From an uncultured Pelagibacteraceae bacterium (GTDB taxonomy: Bacteria; Pseudomonadota; Alphaproteobacteria; Pelagibacterales; AG-422-B15), in NCBI GenBank assembly GCA_902589175.1, contig CACIRX010000001.1:67983-131982 (forward strand): a stretch of DNA of 64,000 bases, given 5' to 3'. The notes beneath the pieces are model-generated. The model searched no databases and was not told the DNA's origin. It was given only the letters and a program-made list of their open reading frames with translations. Position 1 is the first letter of the stretch, and every line of letters starts with the position of its first letter. This document shows positions 43,171 to 52,567 of the stretch, piece after piece. The translations under genes and the position numbers were made by a program.

Positions 43171-43722
43171 ATGAGTAATTTTTTAAGTAAGTATAAATCA
43201 GTATATGATGTCTTTTTAGATAACTGGGGCTATCAGAAACATTATGTGGCTTATTTAGAGTCTCTAATGAGACAAGAAACACTATTACCAACACATATTA
43301 AAGAGATGATATTCGCCTATGTCTCAGGATTAAACGGCTGTGGGTACTGCAAGAATATTCATGTTGAAATATCAAAGAAAATTTTAAGAGACAAGAATGA
43401 CCTAGATTTTATGAATGATATTGAACAATCACAAATAGAAGCTAAGTATAAGCCAATTCTAAAATTATCTCACAAAGTAAATGAAGACATTCGCTCAATT
43501 AATGAAGAAGATGTAGCTGCTATATTAGAATATGGCTTTGATGAAAAAGTTATATCCGAAATTATCTCCATTTGTTCTGCTGCACAATTTATGAATACCA
43601 CAGTTGTTGCTCATCAAATAAAGCCTCTTGATCAAGTTCAAAATGTTGCATCAGCGAAAATGATGATTGAGAAAGGTTACGATGGGCTTGCTGAATTTAT
43701 GTTAAGAAGACGTAATAAATAA
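43171..43722 (+). CDS. Carboxymuconolactone-decarboxylase/AhpD-family protein
   Basis: 'GCGYCKNIH' CxxC..H motif characteristic of AhpD-like peroxidase-related proteins. Confidence 0.7.
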   Translation: MSNFLSKYKSVYDVFLDNWGYQKHYVAYLESLMRQETLLPTHIKEMIFAYVSGLNGCGYCKNIHVEISKKILRDKNDLDFMNDIEQSQIEAKYKPILKLSHKVNEDIRSINEEDVAAILEYGFDEKVISEIISICSAAQFMNTTVVAHQIKPLDQVQNVASAKMMIEKGYDGLAEFMLRRRNK

Positions 43723-43723
43723 T

Positions 43724-44098
43724 TTAAAGAAATTTGAATAAACTTAGCCCAAGATAAAAAGCTATAACTGTAAATGTGAATGTCACAAACAGATATAAAA
43801 GCGAGGCTAAAATTTCTCCGTTGCTGAATAATTGATAAAAATCCAAATTAAAAGTTGAAAAGGTCGTGAAACCTCCGAGGAAACCAATAGTTAAAAACAT
43901 TTTTATATTTTGAGATATATTAACTTTATCTGCAAAATAACTAACGACTAATCCCATCAAAAATGCCCCAAGAACATTGACAACTATTGTTCCAAATGGA
44001 AATGAACTTAAAAATAATCGATCAGTCTGTTCACTTATAAGAAAACGCAATAAAGCTCCGACGCCTCCACCTAAAAAAATGGATAACAAAATACTCAT
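43724..44098 (-). CDS. crcB: Fluoride ion channel CrcB/Fluc
   Basis: 4-TM, 124 aa, 'GFLGGFTTFSTF' motif. Confidence 0.85.
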   Translation of the reverse strand: MSILLSIFLGGGVGALLRFLISEQTDRLFLSSFPFGTIVVNVLGAFLMGLVVSYFADKVNISQNIKMFLTIGFLGGFTTFSTFNLDFYQLFSNGEILASLLYLFVTFTFTVIAFYLGLSLFKFL

Positions 44099-44940
44099 CA
44101 GTTCATACCGACCAAATGAGCCAGTAATCCAAAGTGATCACTTGGAAAAAATTTATTTTTTTCTGTGCCGACAAGGTTGCACTCAATTGGATGACCCAGA
44201 CCATTAGGTCCAGGTTTACCTAAAAATATGTAATCAATTCGTCGATTATATTCTAAAGTTTTTTTTGCCCAATCATTGCTGTTTGACCAAGTGTAACCAG
44301 GATCATTTCTATTTGTTAATTTCCATACATCTCTTAAAACGATATCGTTTACTGGCTTAGTTAAACCAGTAATCTTTCTAATTTCATCACTTTCTGGATC
44401 CGCATTGAAATCTCCACACAAAATTATAGGGAATTTTGATTGTTCTAATTTACTAATGTATTCTATTATTTGATTTACTTGATCTTCTCTTACTTGCTGA
44501 TGTTCATATTTATAATTAAGGTGAGTGCAAATAACGTTTATCGTCTCACTTTTATATTTTAATGAGAGATGAAGCAAAAATCTTTTTTCATCTTTCTCTG
44601 CTTCAGTCTCAAACATTACAGTATGGTGAGAATTGATTGGGAATTTAGTAATGATTGCATTTCCAAACGCAACACCATCAAATTCAAATGATTTTTCAAA
44701 GATATAGTTATACCCAAGTTGATCTGCGATTATTTTAGCCTGACTTTCATCAGTTTCTTCCCACACTTCTTGTAGACACAAAATATCTGGACAAGAATTA
44801 TTGATTTCAGAAATGATTAGATTTTCTCGTTCCTTATAGTTTTCAAATTTCCACCATACGTTCCAGGTTAAAAGCTTAATTATCTCAGTGTTTAAATTAA
44901 TTGAACTTGCATCTGGATCAGGAAATGATTTATCACTCAT
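44098..44940 (-). CDS. Endonuclease/exonuclease/phosphatase (EEP) family hydrolase
   Basis: 'LLTWNVW', 'ILCLQEV', 'ILCGDFNA', 'SDHFGL' EEP catalytic motifs. Confidence 0.75.
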   Translation of the reverse strand: MSDKSFPDPDASSINLNTEIIKLLTWNVWWKFENYKERENLIISEINNSCPDILCLQEVWEETDESQAKIIADQLGYNYIFEKSFEFDGVAFGNAIITKFPINSHHTVMFETEAEKDEKRFLLHLSLKYKSETINVICTHLNYKYEHQQVREDQVNQIIEYISKLEQSKFPIILCGDFNADPESDEIRKITGLTKPVNDIVLRDVWKLTNRNDPGYTWSNSNDWAKKTLEYNRRIDYIFLGKPGPNGLGHPIECNLVGTEKNKFFPSDHFGLLAHLVGMN

Positions 44941-44942
44941 TT

Positions 44943-45398
44943 TTAAGGAAATGCTACCATGATTTGTTCTGCAACATACGCTGGTTTGTCTTGTCCTTCA
45001 ATTTCGAGAGTAGCCTCACTGATTACCTGCGTTCCGCCGTTATCCAATTTGTTTACCTCTTTAATTTTTATTCCCATTCTCACACGGGAATTAACTGGAA
45101 CCATATTAATAAATCTTACTTTATTTAAGCCATAATTAATCATCATTTTGGCCCCTGTAACTGTCCAGATTTTACCAGCCAACGGTACTGATAGAGAAAG
45201 GCTTAAGAAACCATGTGCAATTGTGCTTTTAGTAGGAAGTTCTTTTTGTGCTTTTTCTTCATTAACATGAATCCACTGATGATCATCAGTTGCATCTGCG
45301 AATAAATTTATTCTATTTTGATCAATTGACATCCAATCTGAATGTCCCATATCTTTACCTTTATAATTTTCTAAATCCTTTACATCCACACTTTGCAT
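44943..45398 (-). CDS. MaoC-like (R)-specific enoyl-CoA hydratase / hot-dog fold dehydratase
   Basis: 'FADATDDHQWIHVN...A......TIAHGFL' MaoC dehydratase motif. Confidence 0.8.
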   Translation of the reverse strand: MQSVDVKDLENYKGKDMGHSDWMSIDQNRINLFADATDDHQWIHVNEEKAQKELPTKSTIAHGFLSLSLSVPLAGKIWTVTGAKMMINYGLNKVRFINMVPVNSRVRMGIKIKEVNKLDNGGTQVISEATLEIEGQDKPAYVAEQIMVAFP

Positions 45399-45514
45399 AG
45401 TATACCTCCAAAATTATTAATTATATCTTGAGAATATTATCTAATTAAAAATATTATTGAAGTTTTATAATGAAAAATATTGATAAATCCATTAATTATA
45501 AATTCAAGTGAAGC

Positions 45515-46096
45515 ATGAACGATAATCCAGTAAATTTAAAAGGACTAGAAACAATTTATAGTTTCAGCAAAAAAAATAAGCAATCACTGCCGCCTGTAGA
45601 AAAATGGAACCCTCCATTTTGTGGTGATATTGACATGAAGATTTTACGAAATGGAAAATGGTTTTACATGGGCTCTGAAATAAAAAGACCTGCGATGGTT
45701 AAACTTTTCTCAAGCATATTAAGATTAGATGAAGATGCATGCTACTACTTAGTTACACCCGTTGAGAAAGTTAGAATTCAGGTTGAAGATGCACCGTTTG
45801 TTGCTGTGTCCCTTAATAAAGTTGAGATAAGTAGTAAAACTGGTTATCTATTTAAAACAAATCTCAATGAAGAAATTCTTCTCTCTAAGGAGAATCCATT
45901 AACAATTAAAATTGGAGAAAATTCAGAACCGTCACCTTATATCCTGATCAGAAAAAATCTCCATGCACTTTTATCTAGATCAGTTTTTTATGAATTAGTG
46001 GATCTTGCAGAGGAGAAGATAGTTGATGATAAAAAATGCTTAGTTATAGAAAGTATGGGTGAATGTTTCAACATTCATGAAGTTGAAAAAGAATGA
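45515..46096 (+). CDS. DUF1285 family protein
   Basis: 'DMKILRNGKWFYMGSEIKRPAMVKLFSSIL' matches the DUF1285 pattern. Conserved DUF1285-NUDIX-cca neighbourhood. Confidence 0.7.
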   Translation: MNDNPVNLKGLETIYSFSKKNKQSLPPVEKWNPPFCGDIDMKILRNGKWFYMGSEIKRPAMVKLFSSILRLDEDACYYLVTPVEKVRIQVEDAPFVAVSLNKVEISSKTGYLFKTNLNEEILLSKENPLTIKIGENSEPSPYILIRKNLHALLSRSVFYELVDLAEEKIVDDKKCLVIESMGECFNIHEVEKE

Positions 46097-46731
46097 TGCC
46101 TTTAGATAAATTGAGGGGTTTATTTGATGGTCCAGAGAAGATATCTCATGAGTATTTTGAAATACTTACGAATGATTTTTTAACAAGACATCATCACCCT
46201 CTGGCAGAAGCTGAAAAAGATAAAGCTAAACTAAATCCATCAGCTGTACTTGTACCCATATGTTATTCAAATAATGAAGTAAAAATATTATTAACTAAAA
46301 GACTGGATAATTTAAAAGATCATGCAGGACAAATTAGTTTTCCTGGAGGTAAAATTGAAAAAAATGATATGTCTCCAATAGAAACTGCTTTGCGAGAGGC
46401 TAACGAAGAAGTTGGTTTAAGGTCTGATGATGTAAATGTGTTAGGAAATCTTGATGTATATATAACTGGCACAGGATTTAGGATCATGCCAATTGTATCT
46501 ATAGTATCTGATTACTCCTATTTAAAGGCAAATCAAAATGAAGTGGATGAAATATTTTTTCTCCCCTTAGAATTCTTAATGGACTCAAACAATCATAAGA
46601 AAGAAAGTGCCACATATGAGGTAAACAATAAAAAATATGAATATGACTATTACGTTTTACCTTATAAAGATTACAATATCTGGGGAGCAACTGCTGGAAT
46701 GTTGATTAATCTTTATCAAATTCTAAAATAA
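46093..46731 (+). CDS. NUDIX hydrolase, CoA pyrophosphatase-like
   Basis: Nudix box 'GGKIEKNDMSPIETALREANEEVGL' preceded by 'ISFPGG', typical of the NudL/CoA pyrophosphatase subgroup. Confidence 0.75.
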   Translation: MMPLDKLRGLFDGPEKISHEYFEILTNDFLTRHHHPLAEAEKDKAKLNPSAVLVPICYSNNEVKILLTKRLDNLKDHAGQISFPGGKIEKNDMSPIETALREANEEVGLRSDDVNVLGNLDVYITGTGFRIMPIVSIVSDYSYLKANQNEVDEIFFLPLEFLMDSNNHKKESATYEVNNKKYEYDYYVLPYKDYNIWGATAGMLINLYQILK

Positions 46732-46748
46732 TATAAATAATCTGTCTT

Positions 46749-47981
46749 ATGAGTAGATTTTCATCAATCCTAGAACAAAACGATGTTGCGCAAGTTTTTG
46801 ATCTTTTTGAAACCTATCAAAAAAATAGTATTTATGTTGTAGGGGGCTCTATCAGAGACGCACTTTTAAATAGGGAAATCACAGATATTGATTTTGCTAC
46901 TTCTTTGAAACCAAAGACTATTACCGAAATACTCAATAAAGAAAATATTAAATTTATTGATGTAGGAATAGATCATGGAACGGTTACAGCAATAATTAAT
47001 GAAAGAAAGTTTGAAATTACAACTTTTAGAAACGATATTTTTACTGATGGAAGACATGCTCAAGTCTCATTCTCAAATAGTTTAGAGGAAGATGCTTTAA
47101 GAAGAGATTTTACCATAAATGCAATGTATTTAGATAAGGGTGGAAATTTAATAGACCCTAAAGATGGTAAAACAGATTTAGAAAATAGAGTCGTTCGTTT
47201 CATTGGAAATCCAGATGAAAGAATAAAAGAAGATTACCTTAGAATACTAAGGTATTTTCGTTTTTTAGCATTATTTGGCGATATATCTCCTGACGCAGAG
47301 GTGATGAAAACAATAAAAGCAAATCTTGATAAGTTATCAGTTGTTTCTAAGGAAAGGCAATGGAATGAACTAAAGTCAATTCTAAGTCTAAATGCTCCAA
47401 ATCATGCAATATCTGCAATGAGTGAAATAGGTTTGCTTGATGTTTATTTTGATGGCACTAGCATAAATGATGCATTTGTAAATTTAATTGAAATAGAAAG
47501 TAGAATATCCCTTTCAATTGATCCAATATTGAGATTAAGTACTCTAATTGAAAACTCGTTGGATAAAGCGAATACTATCATAAAAAAATTACCTTTATCA
47601 AAATCAGACTCTACTGACTTATTGAAATTAAGCACACTGAATAAAAAAATCGTTTCTTACATGTCAATGAAAGAAGTTAGATATTTACTTTATCTATTAG
47701 ATCGTGACGGTTTTCAAAAACAAATACTTGTTAATTGGGCTAAGGATACAAATAATAAAAATGAAGTAAATTGGAGATCTCTATATGAAGTTGCTCAAAG
47801 CTGGGAGAAGCCATCTTTTGCTCTAACAGCCAAAGATGTAATAAACATGGGAATATCTCAAGGCCCAATGGTTGGAGACATCTTAAAAGAGGTTGAAGAC
47901 TGGTGGGCAGAAAATGATTTTATTGACGATAAGTTTTCATTAATTGAGAGGCTTAAAGCAATCGTTCAATCTAAAAAATAA
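46749..47981 (+). CDS. cca: CCA-adding tRNA nucleotidyltransferase / poly(A) polymerase family
   Basis: 'VVGGSIRDALLNREITDIDFAT' head-domain motif, 'RRDFTINAM'. Confidence 0.8.
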   Translation: MSRFSSILEQNDVAQVFDLFETYQKNSIYVVGGSIRDALLNREITDIDFATSLKPKTITEILNKENIKFIDVGIDHGTVTAIINERKFEITTFRNDIFTDGRHAQVSFSNSLEEDALRRDFTINAMYLDKGGNLIDPKDGKTDLENRVVRFIGNPDERIKEDYLRILRYFRFLALFGDISPDAEVMKTIKANLDKLSVVSKERQWNELKSILSLNAPNHAISAMSEIGLLDVYFDGTSINDAFVNLIEIESRISLSIDPILRLSTLIENSLDKANTIIKKLPLSKSDSTDLLKLSTLNKKIVSYMSMKEVRYLLYLLDRDGFQKQILVNWAKDTNNKNEVNWRSLYEVAQSWEKPSFALTAKDVINMGISQGPMVGDILKEVEDWWAENDFIDDKFSLIERLKAIVQSKK

Positions 47982-47987
47982 TTTTTT

Positions 47988-48467
47988 TTATTTATATAAA
48001 ATTTTCTTAATCTCGTAGTTTTTCTCTCCTTTTGGCGTTGAAACTGATACGAAATCGCCTTTTTCTTTTCCAATTAATGCTTTAGCAACAGGGGATCGGT
48101 AAGACAACAGTCCCGATTCAATATCTGCTTCATCATCACCAACAATTTGAAACTTTGTCTTTGTATCATTATCAATATCTTCAACTTCAACAGTTGCACC
48201 AAAGACTACAGTTTTTTGATTTTTAGGAATATTTGAAATATCAATGATTTCTGCATTAGCTAATAGTAATTGAATTTCCTGAATACGACCCTCAATGTGA
48301 CCTTGCTCCTCTTTTGCCGCATGGTACTCTGCGTTTTCCTTTAAATCGCCGTGCTCTCTCGCCTCCGCAATGGCTTGAATTACTTTTTGCCTTTTATTAT
48401 TTATCAAATCGCTTAATTCATCTTGAAGTTTTTTTGCGCCATTTGATGTAATTGGTTCAGTTTCCAT
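47988..48467 (-). CDS. greA: Transcription elongation factor GreA
   Basis: N-terminal coiled coil with '[20 protein letters not shown]'. The ATG at 48467 avoids overlap with the hemF stop; the track start at 48479 is also possible. Confidence 0.9.
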   Translation of the reverse strand: METEPITSNGAKKLQDELSDLINNKRQKVIQAIAEAREHGDLKENAEYHAAKEEQGHIEGRIQEIQLLLANAEIIDISNIPKNQKTVVFGATVEVEDIDNDTKTKFQIVGDDEADIESGLLSYRSPVAKALIGKEKGDFVSVSTPKGEKNYEIKKILYK

Positions 48468-48469
48468 TT

Positions 48470-49273
48470 TTATTTCCATTTAGCATTAGGAGGCATTGAC
48501 ATTAAAATTGCATCAATATTACCACCGGTGTTTAAGCCAAATTTTGTTCCTCGATCGTATAAAAGATTATATTCCACGTACCTCCCACGTTTCAATAACT
48601 GAATTTCTTTATCTTTTTTTGTGAACTTTTCATTCATTTTTTGGCTTATTATGTCTCTTACAATATCATTAAAAGTTAAGCCAACGTCCTTAACAAAATC
48701 AAAATCTTTTTTCCAATTATCCATTTTATAGTCAAAAAATATTCCGCCAATACCTCTTATTTCTTTTCTGTGAGGTAGATAGAAATATTCATCGCACCAT
48801 TTTTTATACTTTTTGTAATAAGATTTATTATGATTTTCACACATTATTTTTAATTTAGTGTGAAATTGTTTCTTTAATTTAGCGTCCTTAAAACATGGAG
48901 TAGCGTCAATACCGCCACCAAACCAATTTTTACCTGTTATTATATGCCGGGTATTGAAATGTAATGCAGGAACTTTTGGATTTGCCGGGTGAAGTACTAC
49001 AGATACTCCCGAGGACCAAAATTTTTTATTCTTTTCAGTTCCTGGAATTTGTTTTGCAAATTCTTTTGGAAAGGTACCTGTCACATTTGAAAATGCTATA
49101 CCGCCTTTTTCGATGACATTTCCCTTAATTATTCTATATTCACCTTTTTTCCATTTATTAGCTTTGAATTTTGCTTTTGATCCATTTTTTTTTTCGAGTT
49201 CAAGTACAGTCTCACAGATTAGATCCTGCAATCCCTTGAACCATGCTTTAGTTATCTTTTTTTTATTTAACAT
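48470..49273 (-). CDS. hemF: Oxygen-dependent coproporphyrinogen III oxidase
   Basis: '[10 protein letters not shown]', '[14 protein letters not shown]' HemF motifs. Confidence 0.85.
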   Translation of the reverse strand: MLNKKKITKAWFKGLQDLICETVLELEKKNGSKAKFKANKWKKGEYRIIKGNVIEKGGIAFSNVTGTFPKEFAKQIPGTEKNKKFWSSGVSVVLHPANPKVPALHFNTRHIITGKNWFGGGIDATPCFKDAKLKKQFHTKLKIMCENHNKSYYKKYKKWCDEYFYLPHRKEIRGIGGIFFDYKMDNWKKDFDFVKDVGLTFNDIVRDIISQKMNEKFTKKDKEIQLLKRGRYVEYNLLYDRGTKFGLNTGGNIDAILMSMPPNAKWK

Positions 49274-49274
49274 T

Positions 49275-49718
49275 TCAAAATAGTTTTAACTGTCTGTTTG
49301 CCTCAGAAATAACTATAGCTGAAGACACGGCAACATTTAAAGATCTTGCGGAACTGTTCATTGGTATTCTTATTATTTGGTCAGATTGTTTGTGAACGTA
49401 ATCTGGTACTCCCGCGCTTTCTCTTCCAACAATTAAATTATCAGTATCCTTAAATTCAAAATCATAGTGACTAAGTTTACCTTTTGTAGACAGCAGTATT
49501 TTTCTTCCTTTTCTATTTTTTTCGTAGTGTTTCCAATCGTCAAACTCTGTTAAATTAATATTTTTACCATAGTCCATTGCAACTCTGCTAAGAGATTTTT
49601 CCGACATTGCAAAAGAAGCTGGATGGATGATGTCAATATTGACATCGAAACAGGAGCAAATCCTCACCATTGCTCCAGTATTTTGAGGTATATCAGGTTC
49701 AAAAATTGCTAAGTTCAT
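49275..49718 (-). CDS. trmL: SpoU-family tRNA 2'-O-methyltransferase (TrmL-like)
   Basis: 'IFEPDIPQNTGAMVRIC' N-terminus and the C-terminal 'RSLNVAVSSAI' knot motif. Confidence 0.8.
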   Translation of the reverse strand: MNLAIFEPDIPQNTGAMVRICSCFDVNIDIIHPASFAMSEKSLSRVAMDYGKNINLTEFDDWKHYEKNRKGRKILLSTKGKLSHYDFEFKDTDNLIVGRESAGVPDYVHKQSDQIIRIPMNSSARSLNVAVSSAIVISEANRQLKLF

Positions 49719-49757
49719 TTAATAAATATTTTATAACTTTTTGATCCTAATATATGC

Positions 49758-49768
49758 GTCATCATGAC
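49758..49768 (+). promoter_or_regulatory. Perfect 11-bp palindrome GTCATCATGAC in the petABC upstream spacer (candidate operator)
   Basis: Read directly from the sequence, 87-97 nt upstream of the petA TTG. It is embedded in GCGTC-ATCAT-GACAC (49756-49770), an unusually G/C-containing element for this spacer. Confidence 0.3.
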
Positions 49769-49854
49769 ACAATTTTTTGCGCCTCTAATTGCCTTTTTCC
49801 CTTAAAAATCGACGATTTACAAGTATATTAGCAATATAACTCTAGGATATTAAG

Positions 49855-50364
49855 TTGTCAGAAAAACAAGTTACAAGAAGAAATTTTCTTTATGTCACTA
49901 CAGGTGCGTTTGCAGCTGCGGGAGCAGCTTCATTGGCATGGCCTTTCGTTGATCAAATGAATCCTGATGCTTCAGTCAAAGCGTTAGCATCTACTGAAAT
50001 TGATCTCAGACCTATAATACCTGGGCAGAGCATCACTGTAATGTGGAGGGGTAAACCCGTATTTATTCGAAGGCGAACACAGGCTGAAATTGATGAAGCA
50101 AAGAAAGTTAATTTAGCTGATTTGCCCCACCCTGAAGCAGATAGTGATCGAGCACAAAATCCCGAGTGGCTTGTTATGGTTGGTATTTGCACCCATCTTG
50201 GTTGTGTTCCACTTGGGCAAAAAGGTGATTACAACGGATGGTTCTGCCCATGCCATGGTTCTCATTATGATACTTCAGGTAGGATAAGAAAGGGGCCTGC
50301 ACCTACAAATCTTGAGATTCCGGATTATGTATTCTTAAATGAAACTACTATAAAAATTGGATAA
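49855..50364 (+). CDS. petA: Ubiquinol-cytochrome c reductase Rieske iron-sulfur subunit
   Basis: TTG start, Tat-like 'TRRNFLY', Rieske boxes 'CTHLGCVP' and 'CPCHGSHYD'. Confidence 0.95.
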   Translation: MSEKQVTRRNFLYVTTGAFAAAGAASLAWPFVDQMNPDASVKALASTEIDLRPIIPGQSITVMWRGKPVFIRRRTQAEIDEAKKVNLADLPHPEADSDRAQNPEWLVMVGICTHLGCVPLGQKGDYNGWFCPCHGSHYDTSGRIRKGPAPTNLEIPDYVFLNETTIKIG

Positions 50365-50371
50365 ATAAAGT

Positions 50372-51631
50372 ATGAGCGAAAATTATGCACCTAAATCAGC
50401 AGTTGGAAGATGGTTCAATGACCGTCTACCACTTTTAAACTTAATTTATGGACATTTACTTCCATATCCAACGCCAAAAAATTTAAATTATTGGTGGACA
50501 TTTGGTGGAATTTTAACTTTTTGTCTTGTTACCCAAATAATTACAGGACTTGTTCTAGCAATGCACTATGTTGCTGACGCCGACTTAGCTTTTGCAAGTG
50601 TAGAGCATATTATGAGAGATGTTAATTATGGGTGGTTGTTAAGATACATACATGCAAACGGTGCATCACTATTTTTTATGGCGGTATATATTCATATGGC
50701 AAGATCGCTATTTTACGGCTCGTATAAAGAACCAAGAGAATTAATCTGGATTATTGGTGTGTTTATATTTTTACTCATGATTGCTACTGCCTTTATGGGG
50801 TATGTGCTTCCGTGGGGCCAAATGAGTTTCTGGGGAGCTACAGTTATAACAAATTTATTCAGTGCAATTCCTTTGGTAGGTGAGTCAGTAACTAACTGGT
50901 TGTGGGGAGGTTATGCTGTTGGTAGCCCACTTTTAACCAGGTTTTTCACATTACATTACCTGATGCCTTTCCTGATTTTTGCCCTCGTTATACTTCATGT
51001 TTGGGCACTACATGTACCTGGTAATAATAATCCTGAGGGTATTAATGTTGTTCAAGGTTCTCAAGATACAGTTCCTTTCCATCCTCATTACGTTGTAAAA
51101 GACATGTTTGCACTTGTTGTATTCTTAGTTGTATTCGCGGGCTTTGTATTCTTTGTCCCTAATTTACTTGGGCATACTGACAATTATATTGAAGCTAATC
51201 CTTTGCAAACTCCGGAACATATTGTCCCAGAATGGTATTTTCTTCCATTCTATGCAATCTTGAGATCTGTACCAGATAAACTCGGCGGAGTAATTTTAAT
51301 GGTTTCTGCAATTGCTATTTTAGCATTCTTACCTTGGCTGGATACTTCAAAAGTTAGGTCAGCAAAATACAGACCTCTCTATAGACAGTTTGTATGGCTT
51401 TTCTTTGCTAATGTAATATTGCTTGGTTATCTAGGGGCTCAGACTGCTGATGGTCTATTTCTAATTATTGGACGAATTGCTACCGCTTATTATTTTGCTC
51501 ATTTTATAATTGTTTTACCTCTACTTGGCTATATTGAAAAAACCAAACCTTTGCCTAAGAGCTTGAGTGAGCCTGTTCTTTCTCCCGAGGAAAGACAGAT
51601 GAAGGCCGCTGCCTCTGGAGCCAGTGCATAG
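50372..51631 (+). CDS. petB: Cytochrome b
   Basis: Canonical heme-ligand His pairs and the '[13 protein letters not shown]' motif. Confidence 0.95.
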   Translation: MSENYAPKSAVGRWFNDRLPLLNLIYGHLLPYPTPKNLNYWWTFGGILTFCLVTQIITGLVLAMHYVADADLAFASVEHIMRDVNYGWLLRYIHANGASLFFMAVYIHMARSLFYGSYKEPRELIWIIGVFIFLLMIATAFMGYVLPWGQMSFWGATVITNLFSAIPLVGESVTNWLWGGYAVGSPLLTRFFTLHYLMPFLIFALVILHVWALHVPGNNNPEGINVVQGSQDTVPFHPHYVVKDMFALVVFLVVFAGFVFFVPNLLGHTDNYIEANPLQTPEHIVPEWYFLPFYAILRSVPDKLGGVILMVSAIAILAFLPWLDTSKVRSAKYRPLYRQFVWLFFANVILLGYLGAQTADGLFLIIGRIATAYYFAHFIIVLPLLGYIEKTKPLPKSLSEPVLSPEERQMKAAASGASA

Positions 51632-51641
51632 CTATTGATAT

Positions 51642-52418
51642 ATGAAATTTATTATAAATTTATTTGTATCTTTCTCATTGCTATTGAGCTTTAGCTTCAC
51701 TCAATTACATGCTGCTGGTGAAATGAAAGAGCCTATGCATCCTGATTGGTCATTTGAAGGACCATTAGGAAAATTTGAGAGAGCGTCGCTTCAAAGAGGT
51801 TATCAAGTTTATACCGAAGTCTGTTCAGGATGTCATTCAATGAACCTTTTAAGTTATAGAAATCTAATTGAAGAGGGTGGCCCTGAATTCAGCGAGTCTC
51901 AAGCTAAAGCAATGGCTGCAGCATTTGAAGTAAAAGCTGCTCCAAATGCCGATGGAGAAGTTGAAATGCGTCCTGCAATATTATCTGACAAGTTTGTTAG
52001 CCCATATGAGAATGAACAACAGGGAAGAGCTGCGAACGGCGGCGCTTATCCACCGGACTTATCTGTAATGGTTAAAGCACGACATGGTGGAGCAGACTAT
52101 TTGTACTCTTTATTGTTGGGTTATGTTGATGCACCAAGTGATATTAAACTCGATGATGGTGTTTATTACAATGAGTACGCAAAAGGCCAAAAAATAGCGA
52201 TGCCTCAAGTATTATATGAGGATGCTGTAGTTTACACAGATGGAACAACTGCAACGCCTGAACAAATGGCACGGGACGTCACAATGTTTCTTACATGGGC
52301 AGCAGAACCAAAGCTAGAGGCGAGAAAAAGAATCGGTTTCAAGGTAATTTCATACTTATTAATTCTTTCTGTATTACTCTACTTCACTAATCGACAAATT
52401 TGGAAAGATACACATTAA
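51642..52418 (+). CDS. petC: Cytochrome c1
   Basis: Signal peptide, heme site 'CSGCHSM', C-terminal TM anchor. Confidence 0.9.
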   Translation: MKFIINLFVSFSLLLSFSFTQLHAAGEMKEPMHPDWSFEGPLGKFERASLQRGYQVYTEVCSGCHSMNLLSYRNLIEEGGPEFSESQAKAMAAAFEVKAAPNADGEVEMRPAILSDKFVSPYENEQQGRAANGGAYPPDLSVMVKARHGGADYLYSLLLGYVDAPSDIKLDDGVYYNEYAKGQKIAMPQVLYEDAVVYTDGTTATPEQMARDVTMFLTWAAEPKLEARKRIGFKVISYLLILSVLLYFTNRQIWKDTH

Positions 52419-52430
52419 CCGATTTCCTAA

Positions 52431-52453
52431 AAATAATTGATTTTCAATTATTT
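52431..52453. repeat. 23-bp AT-rich inverted repeat AAATAATTGA-TTT-TCAATTATTT
   Basis: 10-bp perfect arms read from the sequence, 13 nt after the petC stop and ~115 nt upstream of the purine permease start. No 3' T-tract on the + strand. Confidence 0.5.
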
Positions 52454-52567
52454 AAAAAAATAATTTTAAGTAAAATATTAATATCCTTATCCACAGAAAC
52501 ATTTTATCGATCTCGATTACTTCATTTTGGTAATGTAAATTAAACTCTTACTAAACGGAGGAATTGA

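Noticed and set aside
45399-45514. Looked for a fluoride (crcB-motif) riboswitch upstream of the maoC-EEP-crcB string.
   Set aside because: The spacer is almost entirely A/T and lacks the G/C-rich conserved segments of the motif.
52419-52567. Looked for a purine, xanthine or other riboswitch upstream of the AzgA-type purine permease.
   Set aside because: Neither strand shows the conserved purine-riboswitch cores (TATA...GGATATGG...GTTTCTACC...CCGTAAA...GACTA as I recall them). Only weak AT-rich 5-bp stems can be drawn. A covariance-model scan would be needed to exclude divergent classes.
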